From contig CP110440.1 in assembly GCA_026914245.1 (NCBI GenBank), positions 558,001 to 622,000 on the forward strand: DNA of 64,000 nucleotides. The letters run 5' to 3'. The position numbers and the translations under genes were made by a program. The first letter of the stretch is position 1. Each line of letters begins with the position of its first letter. Below are positions 1-11,999 of the stretch, in pieces. This DNA comes from Puccinia triticina (lineage: Eukaryota). The notes beneath the pieces are model-generated. The model did no database searches and was not told where the DNA came from. It saw nothing but the letters and a program-made list of their open reading frames with translations.

Positions 1-428
1 GTAACACTAAGACAGAATAAACACGACACACAGAATATCCACACTAGGATCTACACTATAACACTATCACACTGGTACACACGATACTGAACACTAATTC
101 AAACTATAACTATGATTTGTAAGACTCTGTATAACTTTCTAACTGTTTATAAGATGCGAGAAAAAATGCTCATAACCTAATAGAGCCTGACAATGAGAAT
201 ATATATTTCAAGAGAAGTGAACAACGAGAATGAATAAGAAATACAACAACTGAGGAAACATAAGCTCTATATATACATGCTATTATGTAGTATGTATGTA
301 ATAGAGAAAAGGCTGTCTAGTCGAGGAAACATGGGAAAGTCCCATGTCTATGGTAAGTCATGACATATGACTTACCCTGGACATGTAGGATGTAAACGTA
401 ATGACATATTACGTATCATACTACAACA
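1..428 (-). mobile_element. LTR-like fragment cut by the window edge
   Basis: Minus strand starts TGTTGTAG at 428; AT-rich and non-coding; other end and TSD not visible. Confidence 0.35.
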
Positions 429-481
429 ACCCACCCCCCATATTGCACCTCACCTTTTCACCGCTGTTCTACCACTAACAC

Positions 482-3010
482 TTGCACCCGGAAGATTACA
501 CCTTTAGAAATCGCAAGTATATCTGCAAGTGCTGCCCCCGTGCGACGGGCGTCGCAAACTGGCCAGCACATTGCCGGAGGAAAGCCCATCAGGTAAACTT
601 CAACCTGCGGGCACATATGAGACGAGCCGCTGCCAAGCGGGCAAGGACGGCCGAACTGGCACGGGCAGCATCCTTGGCAGTGCAACACGCTGACATCAAC
701 GAAGCACCCACTGAACACGGTTCCGCAAATAACCTCGACGACTATTGGGTTTGGGATTGTATCAAAGCTAATTGTGATTTTCATCCGCCAACATTACCCA
801 CACCCAATGCACTCACACTGGTCAAAGAACTGGAGCAAAATGAAGGATCCCAGCCCAACGCCAATGCCCCACCTGCAGCCTCCGTGCGCAACTCGCATGT
901 TATGGACGTCGGACTTGGACATATAAGCATTGATGTTGGTTGTCGCCCCGGACCCGACATCCCCGTTCGTCAGACAGATATTTGATCTAACAGGCTCAAT
1001 AAGAGCCCATGGTTCCCTTACAAGAGCAAGATGGTAAGCAATAATTTGCCCTACTTGCTTTTACAAAATCCTCACTACTGAGACGTACTCTTTAGGACCT
1101 CATTGCCTCTTTGATCATCGGTCACACCCGCTCCATGATCTCAAGGACCATCTACACCAAAATCCGGGCAATCTTGAAACTGTGCCACGCAAAACTTCCA
1201 GCATGGGCGGCTGTTCGCACCTCCCGAGCCAGAATCAACAAAATCTTGGGTCCAACATTACTCTTGTCCGTGTCAGTCTTTGACACACCCTGCTATTCCC
1301 TCAGCGCCAAGGAGATCATTTCTCAAGTGAGTTGCAAGCACCCCGTGAGTTTGACATGCCTGCACCGCCTATGGGCTGATGCTTATGTGACGATCAGGAG
1401 CTATCAAATCACCTGGTTGCAAAACACCTCGAATTTTATCCGGAGCTGACCCATGGTCTCAACATCTCAAAATTTAGCCAATGTTCTAAGTGGGTGGGTG
1501 GTCTATCCCATGAACACCGGCCTCAAATGTTTGATTCGAATGGCGAGCACTTCTATATTTACGAACCAGCACAGCTAATTTCGCGCGAAGTCGTCATCCC
1601 GATTTATATCGTTCAATATCAGTCGGCTCTACATGCTATGTCTATCCGACTTAATACGCACAACACTCGCAACAACTTGGATGGCATCAAGATCACCATT
1701 CCAGGTAACTTGTTTGTATCAGACTCTGATTTGACCTTGATATAACCCGTGGATCAGTTCTCAGCAATCTATGACACCATCACGTTGTCTGGCACTGGGG
1801 AGCTTCTGTGGGAGGCGTGTGGTGGTAAGATTTATGGTATGTCGGCCGATATCTGATGGACTGCGCTTTGCAATCTGGCTTGCACTCACTTGATTCCTTT
1901 GTAGAATCGTTCCTATATGGCCGACCAGATCAAGTAGTGAAGTTTCCCAATCCGTGGAGGAAGAAATCATCCCATCTCGTGATCCGCCAGGTCCCAATCA
2001 CTCTCTATGCGGATGACACTTCAGGGAACGTGTCCAAGCAGTTCAACAAACACACATCGTTTTACTTTACGCTTTCCGGGCTGTCTCCGCACATCTCAAA
2101 CCAAGAGTATCACTGTCACTTTTTGGCAACGTCAAATGTGGCTAGTGTTTGTGAAATATCTGAGCAAATTGTGGACGAGATCAAGTAAGTCAACACTTCA
2201 TTTGTATCTCCGCATAATTTTACCACGTCACTAACGAGTGTCCATGTCAGCAATATGGCCACCAAAGGCTTTCTGGCGTACAACCATAGCATTGCGAGCC
2301 CTGTATGGGTGGTTGGTTTGGTTTTATGTTTCTTAGCAGACTCGCCTATGCATGCGGAGGTAACCAATACACCTATCCCAGGGAACTGTCTGCACCCTTG
2401 TAGGATGTGTACGCTGTCAGTGACTAAGCTAATGTTCAAGAAAACAAGGACGTACATTTGGAATTCCCTCCATCGAGGTTATTTGGGTGATACGGTGGGT
2501 CCTTCTGGCTCAAATTTGTCCTGTGTGTTGTGGTGTCGCTGACAGATTCCGTGGTGCATCATGACAGCTTCCAAACCATGCACGCTGTTGGTCGAAGACC
2601 AAAGAGGACACTTATAACGAGGTATTCAAGATGGCTCAGGACAAGAGTCTCAACAAAGCGATCACCAAATCAAAAGACCTAGGCGTGAAAGACTCAATCA
2701 ACCTGAAACTGCTCCGGCTCGCTAAAGGCGACCCAGGCATGCAAGACCTGATTGATCTTTGGTTGGAGAAGAACCAAACACGATTGTACAACCCATTCTT
2801 GGAACTCATTAGTAAGTAATTCTGGCTGCTCTTGGGATCCCTGGTAAGCTGGGTGGCTCATCACTTGTGTTCAGGCTTTGATGGGGTGAGGGATACCCCG
2901 GTGGAGGTCTTGCATGTGATACTACTATGCATTGTTAAATACCTGGCACGTGATTTGGTCGGGGGAGTGCCAAAGGCCACCAAGAAGACTCACTATTCTG
3001 CCTGGTCATG
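482..3010 (+). pseudogene. Decayed spliced transposase-like gene (CACTA/EnSpm-Plavaka-like family)
   Basis: N-terminal CKCC..H....H zinc motif; PWFPYKS; HLEFYPE; HFYIYEP; LYADDTSGNVSKQFNKH; FLADSPMHAE; CRMC; GFDGVRDTPVEVLHVILL; GT-AG introns; in-frame stop at 983-985; truncated near 3010. Confidence 0.7.
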
Positions 3011-3050
3011 GTAAGTCTTCATCAGCGCGGTACCTCACTCTCTCCCCAAC

Positions 3051-3733
3051 ATGATGGATGATCCCGAGCTGATGTTGGATCCACAGGACAATTTACATCA
3101 GCAGCCACGTGACATATTGGAACAGCACTTACCACCGGGTTTCCTTGACAATCATGTCGACGCCATTAGCAGTGTCAACTCTGCCGTCAAGAAGCAACTG
3201 AAGTATGTTAGACACAAGCTTCGGAATGTCTTGCTGACTGGCATTGTTCTACAAAGTGAACCAACCCTCCCCAACATACCAAACCTCGCCCAACTCTCGC
3301 GGTTAATATGGTGGCACTTGAATCCCCAAAGGAGCGAGAATGCCACTGATCCACAGGTGGATCACGCAGTTCGCGACCCAATAATTTGCGTCCGATTTGC
3401 CTACCTCCGGTGGGCTACCCTATTCAACTACTTCGATCCGGCGTCTCGAAACATTTCCCAGTGGCATCAAATTGACACCAGACTCATTGCAAACAGCGAG
3501 CTGCCCGTCTCGTACACAAATGCGTGTGTCTTTCTTCATTTGCTCTCTGATCCTCAAGCCCCACCAGGCTGATGACATCTATCTCTTGCGCACAGATGGC
3601 ATCAACTCCTTGGCGCCCAAGATGCCGCCTTGTTTGGCCACCAGCCTTCACTCGCCAACCTCGACCAATCTGCTGTGCAAGTTTCAACCGATGAAGAAGT
3701 ACGCACCCGATGGGTCCCGCCAGAAGCCTAACT
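3051..3733 (+). pseudogene. Fragment of a hypothetical protein, probably TE-associated
   Basis: 173-aa ORF with protein-like composition (LKYVRHKLRNVLL, RFAYLRWATL, WHQIDTRL), a probable intron near 3524-3594, abutting the truncated transposase. Confidence 0.4.
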
Positions 3734-5494
3734 AAGCATCTGTGCAGCTGGTCAGGTTGCGCCGTCCTAAGAGGACACAAAATTAGCTTTGTTGTAACCG
3801 TCCGAGACCGTCCGGGCGCTATCGGGCGCCGTATTATTCCTTCCCCATCCTATGATCCTGATCCCCCCTCCCTTGCAATGTGGACAAAATTTTCCATTGC
3901 ATCATGTGTGTCGGCGCCTGGCGCTCTCCGTTGGTGGATGAACCATTTGCCGAATGTGAGGTCCGGTGCCCAGAGCGCCAGATCCATGGTCCACCCGGAT
4001 GCAATATGCGCCCCTTCGGCAGATAGTTTGTGATAAACCTGACCGCGTTGCATGAGTTGCGGGTCCTGGATCAGGTATCCCGCTGACTGTTGGTCCCACC
4101 TCGGACATCCTTCCCGGAGCCGCTTAGAGCCAAGCGGATATCCGACCCGCCGTCCCCCCGGTCTGTGTCCGATGGTTCCCTCCCAGACGCCCCGGTGCCG
4201 AGCTAGGAGGTGCCCCAGAGGTGAACCAGTGCGACCCCCCAGGGGCAACTTCAGAAGCCGGACGCCCCCGAATCGCCCCTTGAGTCGGCAACGCAACCCG
4301 GGCGCCCTCATGGGACGCCCTTGGGGCACCCATCACCACCCCTGAGGCGTCACTAGGGCGGTAAGTTACGAAGCGCCCTCCGGGCGTTCCGATCTTGCAG
4401 GGTCCCGGCAACGCCCTGGAGGCCGCCCCTGGGGCGTCGGGTTCGCCCCGCTGTGTAAGAGCCTCAAGGAGCCTCAATTTTAAACCAAGGGTGGGAGGCA
4501 GGAATTCGAAAAAGTGAGAGAGCTTCTCCAAGTGGGCTAGTGGCTCTGAATCTGATGATCAGAGCATTCACATTTGTCGGGTTAAGTTGACAAATTCTGG
4601 GATCTTAACCCGCAATCACATTTGTCTGGGCTAACTGTGCCGTAACTGTGCCGCAGTCGCGCAAGTTGGGGATTTACACCACGGGTTGTATGCAATGGAT
4701 TGCGTTGGCTTGACCAGGGCCACCAAATCTGGCGGCACAATCCCCCGCGGGCGGCTTGACCCTCTGTGGTGGCTTGACCGCGGTCGCTTAGCGGCACTTC
4801 GGCAGTTTGACTGCAGTCTGTCAGCTCGATGTTGGCTGCATCGGTGGCGAGAGCTCAAAAACCCACACTTATCAGCTAGGTGACTTGAACCCACAACCCG
4901 CACCATGTGCTGCAGGCAGTAACCCAGCTCTTACCACACACAACGCGCACCCAGCCTACAAAAACTAACTTTTGCGGCGCACACGAATAATATGCGCTTA
5001 AAGAAAAATTTGTGCGTGTCAGATTTTGTGGGCCAACTTTTTGTGTGCTAATTTTTTGTCATCTGGTTTTTGTGTGCTAATTTTTGGGCATCATGTTTTT
5101 TGTGTGCTAATTTTTGGCCATCTGGTTTTTTGTGTGCTAACTTTTTGTCATCTTTTTTTGTGAGCTGAATTTTGGTTAGCTGAATTTTTTGTCTGCTGAT
5201 TTTTTTGGGGGGCTTGACTAATCAACTCCCAAGAATTACATTCCAACTCCCAAATCACATTTTTTGGGAATTGGAATGTAATTTCGCCGCATGAGATGGG
5301 AGTCGGACACCTAATTTGTCCAAAAATTACAAAAAAGAAAATCATACCTCCTCACTGAGGATACTCAAAGCCCACAAAAACTTTGTAGCAGGAAGAAACC
5401 ACTCTCAATAGCAGATGGTGAGCTGCACGGCATTAGCACATTCAAGAAAGTAGTGTGCTACTGTGGGTCAAATTTGGCAGATTTCCTACTAATT

Positions 5495-6780
5495 TACATG
5501 ATGCGCGGACATGAGACATGACACGTGGACATGATACATGATGAGCGGGCATGATACATGATGCGCAGACATGATACATGATTTGCACATCATGTATAGG
5601 GTGTGCACGGACGTGATGTGTGATGCGCGGATATGCTGCAGGGTGTGCGGACATGATACATAATGCGCAGACATGATACATGGTGCACAGACATGATAAT
5701 TGATGCGTGGACATGATAGATACATGATGCGCCCATCATGTATATAAGGTTGTGCACGGACGTGATATTTGATGCGCGGACATGCTGCAGGGCGCGTGGA
5801 CATGATACATGATGCACGGACATGATACATGATGTGCGGAAATTATATGTGATCTGTGGTAATGTTACAGGTTGTGCGCGCACATTTTAAAAACTGCACA
5901 GACATGTAAAAGGACGTGCGGACACAATATGTGATCTGCAGACATGACATGTGACAAACAGACATGACATGTGACACGCAGACATGCTGCAGGGTGCGCA
6001 GACATGATACAAGATTTGTGGACATGATATTTGATGTGTGGACATGTTGCAGGGCGCCTGCATGAATGTTAAAGGGTGTGCAGACATGATACATAATTTA
6101 CAGGCATGTTACATGATGCACCAACATGTGTGCGCCCTCTTACATGTACGCGCACCACTTTACATGTTTGTGCACTCTTTAAAATCTGTGAGTGCACCCT
6201 GTAACATGTGTGCGCACCCTTTTACATGTCTGTGTACCCTTTGACATATGTGCTGAATCATGTCTGTGTGCTCTTTAAAATGTGCACGCGCACCGTTTGG
6301 ACCCCTGTAAATGTCCACAGACTCTTTAAAATGTTTGCGCGCACCCTTTTACACGTCTGCCCACCTTTTGACATGTCTGTGCACTCTTCAAAGTGTGTGC
6401 GCGCACCTTGTAACACATCCACGCATCACATATCATATCCCTGCATCATGTATCATGTCCGCGCATCATGTGTCATGTCCGTGCATCATGTATCATGTCC
6501 GCACACCCTTCAGCATGTCCGCGCATCATGTATCATGTCCGCACACCCTTCAGCATGTCCGCGCATCACATATCACGTCCGTGCACACCCTATACATGAT
6601 GTGTGCATCATGTATCATGTATCATGCCCGCACATCATGTATCATGCCCGCGCATCATGTATCATGCCCGCGCATCATGTATCATGCCCGTGCATCATGT
6701 ATCATGCTGTGCATCATGTATCATGTTGGCGCGTCATGTATCATGTCTGCGCAACATGTCTAATGTCCGTGCATCATGTA
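5495..6780. repeat. CATG-rich minisatellite (about 20-bp unit GACATGATACATGATGCGCG), orientation flips near 6110
   Basis: Tandem units read gacatgatacatgat on the left and atcatgtatcatgtc on the right. Confidence 0.85.
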
Positions 6781-7438
6781 ACTTAGTAGGAAATATGCCA
6801 AATTTGACTCACAGTTGTCAGTAGCACACTCCTTTTTTTGGGTGTGCTAATGCCGTGCAACTCACCATCTGCCCTTGAGAGGGTTTTTTCCTGCTGTAAA
6901 GTTTTTGTGGGCTTTGAGTATCCCCAGTGAGGAGGTAAGATTTTTTTTTTATAATTTTTGGACAAATTACATGTCCGACTCCCATTTCATGCAGCGGAAT
7001 TACATTCCAACTCCCGAAAAATGTGATTTGAGAGTCAGAATGTAATTCTTGGGAGAGATCAATTAGTCAAGCCCCCCCCCCCCCCCCAAAAAAAAAAAAA
7101 AAAAAACAGCAGACAAGAAATTCAGCTAACAAAAATTCAGCTCACAAAAAAAGATGACAAAAAGTTAGCACACAAAAAACCAGATGGCAAAAAATCAGCA
7201 CACAAAAAACATGATGACAAGAAATTAGCACCCAAAAATTTATGGAGGCGCTGGACCGACAAAAACAGCCAAATTTGTGTTTTTTTTTGTGAAATGCCGG
7301 TGAATCCACAACAAAATGGACAAATGAACCGACAAAGCAGCCATTGTTATGCTTTCAGAGCAACAATCCGGCCACTTTGGTGTCAGTCTGACGGCGCCTC
7401 TGGCGCAACAAAACAGCCACCATGGCTCTGAGCCGACA

Positions 7439-7657
7439 CACTGCCAGCATATTTGGCTGGGTTGAGGTTATCCCAGTTAAACTGGGATGCGCCACTCAAC
7501 CAATTTAAACTTGGGTGATCTCAACTGATGAAATATAAATCCAAGGTACCCCCCTTGGGTTTATATTAAATTGGTTGAGATCAACCAAGTTTAAATTGGT
7601 TGAGTGCATCCCAGTTAAACTGGGATGACTTCAACCCAGCCAAATATGCTGGCAGTG
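7439..7657. mobile_element. CACTG-ended palindromic MITE (CACTA type)
   Basis: CACTGCCAGCATATTTGGCTGGG...CCCAGCCAAATATGCTGGCAGTG; TSD ACA (7436-7438, 7658-7660). Confidence 0.85.
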
Positions 7658-7838
7658 ACATTCCTAGCCAAACATGGTGCCTGAGCTGACACTCCTAGAC
7701 AAAAATGGCTCTGAACCAGAAATTCTGGTCAATCACATTTCATGTTTCTAATCTAGCCATCCTTCCTTGCTTCTGCTTCGAGCATCCACCAAAAATGTGG
7801 GATCAGTATCAGTCTGTATCAGTGTATGTATACAATAA

Positions 7839-8034
7839 GGGTGTTCAAAGTTGAAATCATAAAATTTTCAATGCATAAAATCATAAAATCATAAAACTTT
7901 CAAGTGATGATTTCATATGTACCATTCTAGAAATTTTTCTCTAATTTGAGTGCTTGGGTGCAACATATTTTTTCAGCTTGGAATTTTATGATTTTATGGT
8001 GTTACGATTTTATGCAAGTCAACTTTGAACACCC
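7839..8034. mobile_element. Tourist/Harbinger-like MITE, copy 1
   Basis: GGGTGTTCAAAGTTGA...TCAACTTTGAACACCC; TAA TSD. Confidence 0.85.
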
Positions 8035-9363
8035 TAAATGGTAGCAGTACCCAAACACGTGTCAGTGTCAGGATTGGTTATAAATCCTGTAATAGTACAA
8101 GTACCTCACCAGGCAGGAGAGCAGCCTGGTTCCTATATATACTGCTTCTGTTTTCACCGGCTCCAACCCCCCCCATCATTCTTGGCAACTTCTTCATCAC
8201 TCAACAGGGGGTCGGTTAGGTGCCCTGAAGAGTTGGTCAAGCTGTTTACATGCTCCCTTTTGTGCTCTCTCTATCATGCTCCTCTCTGACTTGATTGGGG
8301 GTTGGTTAGGTGCCCAGGAGAGTCAGAACAGCATTTTAGAGCATATAAGCTGAGGAATTGAGACCACCTCTTCCTTTTATTCCAGCAAAAAAATCATTAT
8401 CAACTGGATCAGAAGAAAAATGGTTGTCAAGTGATTTGCCAACTTACACCAGACTCTCTTTGGAGGGCCTGGTGCAGCCTGGCTGACGCGAAGTACCCCT
8501 TGTGAAGGGAGCCTCCGCAAATCACTCTAACTTAACTGAGTTGACAGGCCTCATCCCGCAGGGACCCAAGTCCACTCGACAAGCTGTTAACCTCTGCAAG
8601 GACATCCAGCAAGCTTTACGACTCGTAGGACATCCTCAGATGGCCTTTGTGTATGGTTAAAGGCATTGCTTTTGTACCCATGTGGTGCAGAAAGTAGGTA
8701 GAGTTGCCACAATAGCCCTTATGTACATATTTATATACATATTGGTCTGTATATGTGGTTGTGGCACAGTGGAAACCAATAATCCAATAGCTTCTGGCCA
8801 TCTTGGAGAATGAATTTGTATAAAAAAAATATGCCAATGCAAAAAAATACAAGACACTGCAAAAAAATACAAGACACTGCAAAAAACAAAAAGCTGTCCG
8901 ACATGTTGGTCCAGTGCCTCCATAAAAATTGGATGACAAAAAAATTAGCACACAAAAAGTTGGCCCACAAAATCTGATGCGCACAAATTTTTCTGTAAGC
9001 ACATATTATTTGTGCGCGCCACAAAAGTTAGTTTTTGTAGGCTGGGTGCGCGTTGTGACATGGGCTAATAACTTTATGATAACTTGAAAAGTTTTGGAGA
9101 TTTATTCATACAATTTTCTAAATTAACCATGTGAATTCCATTTTTCTGACATTTCTTTTTTACAAGTTTTTTTTTTTTCCATGACGTGTGTAGTCTCTTC
9201 CTGATATTCAAACGGCGTTAAAGGTATCTGTGTCTTCCTTCAGGTATTTTTAATATATGTAACTGCAAAATATATAATAATCTCAAGACTCTTTTTAATC
9301 TAGTGATAGGATACGCAAAAATAATACCCAGATAACACCACATCAAAAGACGGCAGATTATTA

Positions 9364-9558
9364 AGGTGTTCAAATTTGAAATCATAAAATTTTCATTGCG
9401 TAAAATCATAAAATCATAAAACTTTCAAATGATGATTTTATATGTACCATTTTAGAAATGTTGCTCTAATTTGAGTGTTTGGCTGTACATATTTTTTTTG
9501 GCTTAGAATTTTATGATTTTATGGTGTTATGATTTATGAAAGTCAACTTTGAACACCC
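9364..9558. mobile_element. Tourist/Harbinger-like MITE, copy 2, about 185 bp upstream of ATP4
   Basis: Same termini and internal ATCATAAA repeats as 7839-8034. Confidence 0.8.
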
Positions 9559-9742
9559 TATATGATGAGTTGCTCAGATATGTATCCGCGAGTTCAGATC
9601 TGGGGGGATTCTCCGGTACTAGGATATCCCCCGATGTTAGCATCGGCTGCTCTCCGACTTCGTCCACCGGAGCATCATCCTCGGTCACCCAGCCAGCCAG
9701 CATCCCAGCCAGCTTCACCCACAACCACCCCAATCGACCACG

Positions 9743-11016
9743 ATGAACCAGCTCAGACCACTCGCCCGCCGTCTGGCCATCAGCACGCCCACACTCCGCC
9801 CGATCGTCCCTGCTGCTACCAGGTAAGTTTGTCTGCACGGGACTTGCATCCATCGTCGTCTGACTATACTGACCGACTACCTTGTTGTGTGTGCAGCATC
9901 CGCTTCAACTCTACCACCGGTAAGCGCCGAAAGCAACCCCCTCCGATCACTCACCCCCCATGCTAATTGATGCTCCTTCATTGCTCACAAAAAAAAAAAA
10001 ATGACAGCCCCGGCCGATCCCAAGGCGAAAGCCAACGCATTCTTGGACGCTCTTCCGGGAAACAGCGCAATCAGCAAGACTGGGTGGGTGACCTTGGCGG
10101 CCAGCTTGGGTGGATACGCAGTTTCGAACGAGCTTTATGTCGTCAATGAGGAGTCTGTCATCCTCGCCGGCTTCGTCATCATGGTCGGATACTTGAGTAC
10201 CGTCATCAAAGAGCCCTACAAGCAATGGGCTGACTCGATCATCGAGGTAAGTTGCTGCTGCTTCCTTACCCCGTCCAGCTATCTCGCTTTTCTCGGTAAG
10301 GGCTGGCCTATCTTTCCTCTTTCGCACAAGATTATCATTCGACTCGGAAGGAATATGGGACATCGTCCGAGTGCCACAGCTTGTTCCAAGCATCATCCCA
10401 ACAATCAAATGTATCAAAAAGAAATTATTCTCTAACTAACGAACTATGACACTGGTTCAACGCCATCATTCATACGATTAGAAACAAAGAAACATTTTGA
10501 ACGCCTCCCGAACAGAGCACACCAATGCGGTCAAGGATCGGATCGCCTCAGTGAGCGAAATGAAGGACGTAGTCTCAGTGACCAAGTCACTTTTCGAGAT
10601 GTCACGCGTAAGTGATCGTTTAGGATAACAGTTAATGTGGACTTCTCTACTCGCGAACTCACGGGTGATTCTCTGGCGGGGACGAATCGGATTCACGATA
10701 GGACACGGCGGTTACTGAACATGAGCTATACAAGATGAAGCAGAAGATGGCTGTGAAGGACGAGATCAAGTCAATCTTGGACGGATGGGTCCGGGTCGAA
10801 ACCCAAGCCCGAGAAGCCGAACAAGCCGAGCTTGTCAAACAGGTCGTCTCGAGCGTCCAGAAACAGTTGGAAGACCCCAAACTCCAGAAAGAGATCATGT
10901 CCAACAGCATTGCTGAGATTGAAGGTCTGGCCATTTCCCCCACAAGACTCTCTGTGCCCAATACTCATATTTATCATGTCTATTATACAGCTTTGATTAG
11001 AGACAAGAAGATCTAA
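9743..11016 (+). CDS. ATP4: Mitochondrial ATP synthase subunit b (subunit 4)
   Basis: Exons 9743-9822, 9897-9919, 10008-10246, 10482-10607, 10702-10924, 10991-11016 with GT-AG introns splicing in frame; presequence MNQLRPLARRL; DPKAKANAFLDALPGNS, SNELYVVNEES, KSILDGWVRVE. Confidence 0.93.
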
Positions 11017-11547
11017 ACTGAGGGATGCAATTCTAAGTTCAAGCTCGTCTAGCCTACGATTCAAGTCACTCAGTATGGATCAACCCCAAGCCATTCGGTG
11101 TCCTTCTGATCACTTAAATAGGGATACACTCGCTTGCACCAGTTTTGTACTTCGCAACCTGTCGTCTCTCAGCTTGTATCAAAAAAATGCACCTTCACGC
11201 TCTGGCCCGTTTATAAATTTAATCTCATCGTCTCCGCGGTCTTCCTCCTGATCTCTGTCCAGAAGAACACCTGAGCATTGGACTATGTGCATGTCTGGGT
11301 AGAATAGTGTGGCTGTTTCAGTTACATACTTCAAATGGCTGGTGTTTCCTATTCCCGAGATTGGCCTTCTTACATAGGGGGAAGATCAGATCTTCCATCA
11401 ACTACTATGCTGTTCCGCTTGCTGTGGTGTAAGGTTTAGCATCAAATTTAAGATGCAATGTGGGCGGTGAGTAGCCCCAGATGGGCTGCTGGTCTTTTTT
11501 GTTTTTATCAACTTGAGGATTAATTTATCTAAATCAGATATTGATTA

Positions 11548-11731
11548 GGGGGGTTCACAATTGAAATTTTCACAACTTGGCGGTAAACTTGGCCTTTATG
11601 ACCAAAATTTTCAAATTCTGGCATGTGATTGCATGTTGCTGATCAATCAGTACAACTTATCAAATTAAAAAAAAAAAAAATCAACACCTTAAAATGGGTG
11701 AAGTTTTACAATTTTCAATTGTGAACCCCCC
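11548..11731. mobile_element. MITE with GGGGGGTTCAC termini
   Basis: GGGGGGTTCACAATTGAAA...TTTCAATTGTGAACCCCCC flanked by TA; same terminal motif as 44584-44830. Confidence 0.75.
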
Positions 11732-11999
11732 TATGAGCACTACTCACAGAGCTTGGAACAGTAAAATTCAACATCTTTGGAATTCAAGCCAAGCTCAGCT
11801 ACCAGTTAAGAAGAGGTTGGACCCTCAACTGGGTAATTACTAATTAGAGCTGCACTGATTCCTATCGCAGACCGAGCCAATACACAGTAGTCTTGGCAAT
11901 ATGTGTTGTAAACCCAAATTGACAAAAAAAAACGATAAAATACATAGTATATATACTTAAGATAACACCCAACAAAAGAAAAGGAGGAGGGGGATGGAA

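Larger units (their letters stand above)
7241..8924. mobile_element. TIR element inserted in the right arm of the foldback element
   Basis: TATGGAGGCGCTGGACCGACA...TGTTGGTCCAGTGCCTCCATA flanked by duplicated AAAATT. Confidence 0.7.
4939..9057. mobile_element. Non-autonomous CACTA-like foldback element with nested insertions
   Basis: Termini CACAACGCGCACCCAGCC...GGCTGGGTGCGCGTTGTG; 3-bp TSD ACA (4936-4938, 9058-9060); inner arms about 5070-5490 and 6780-7240 are also inverted copies. Confidence 0.85.

Noticed and set aside
3793..4560. GC-rich overlapping ORFs (also 37700-40400)
   Set aside because: Open in several frames because of GC content; no motif recognised; probably repeat-derived
5442..6824. 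Many Cys/His/Met-rich ORFs
   Set aside because: Translations of the CATG minisatellite on both strands
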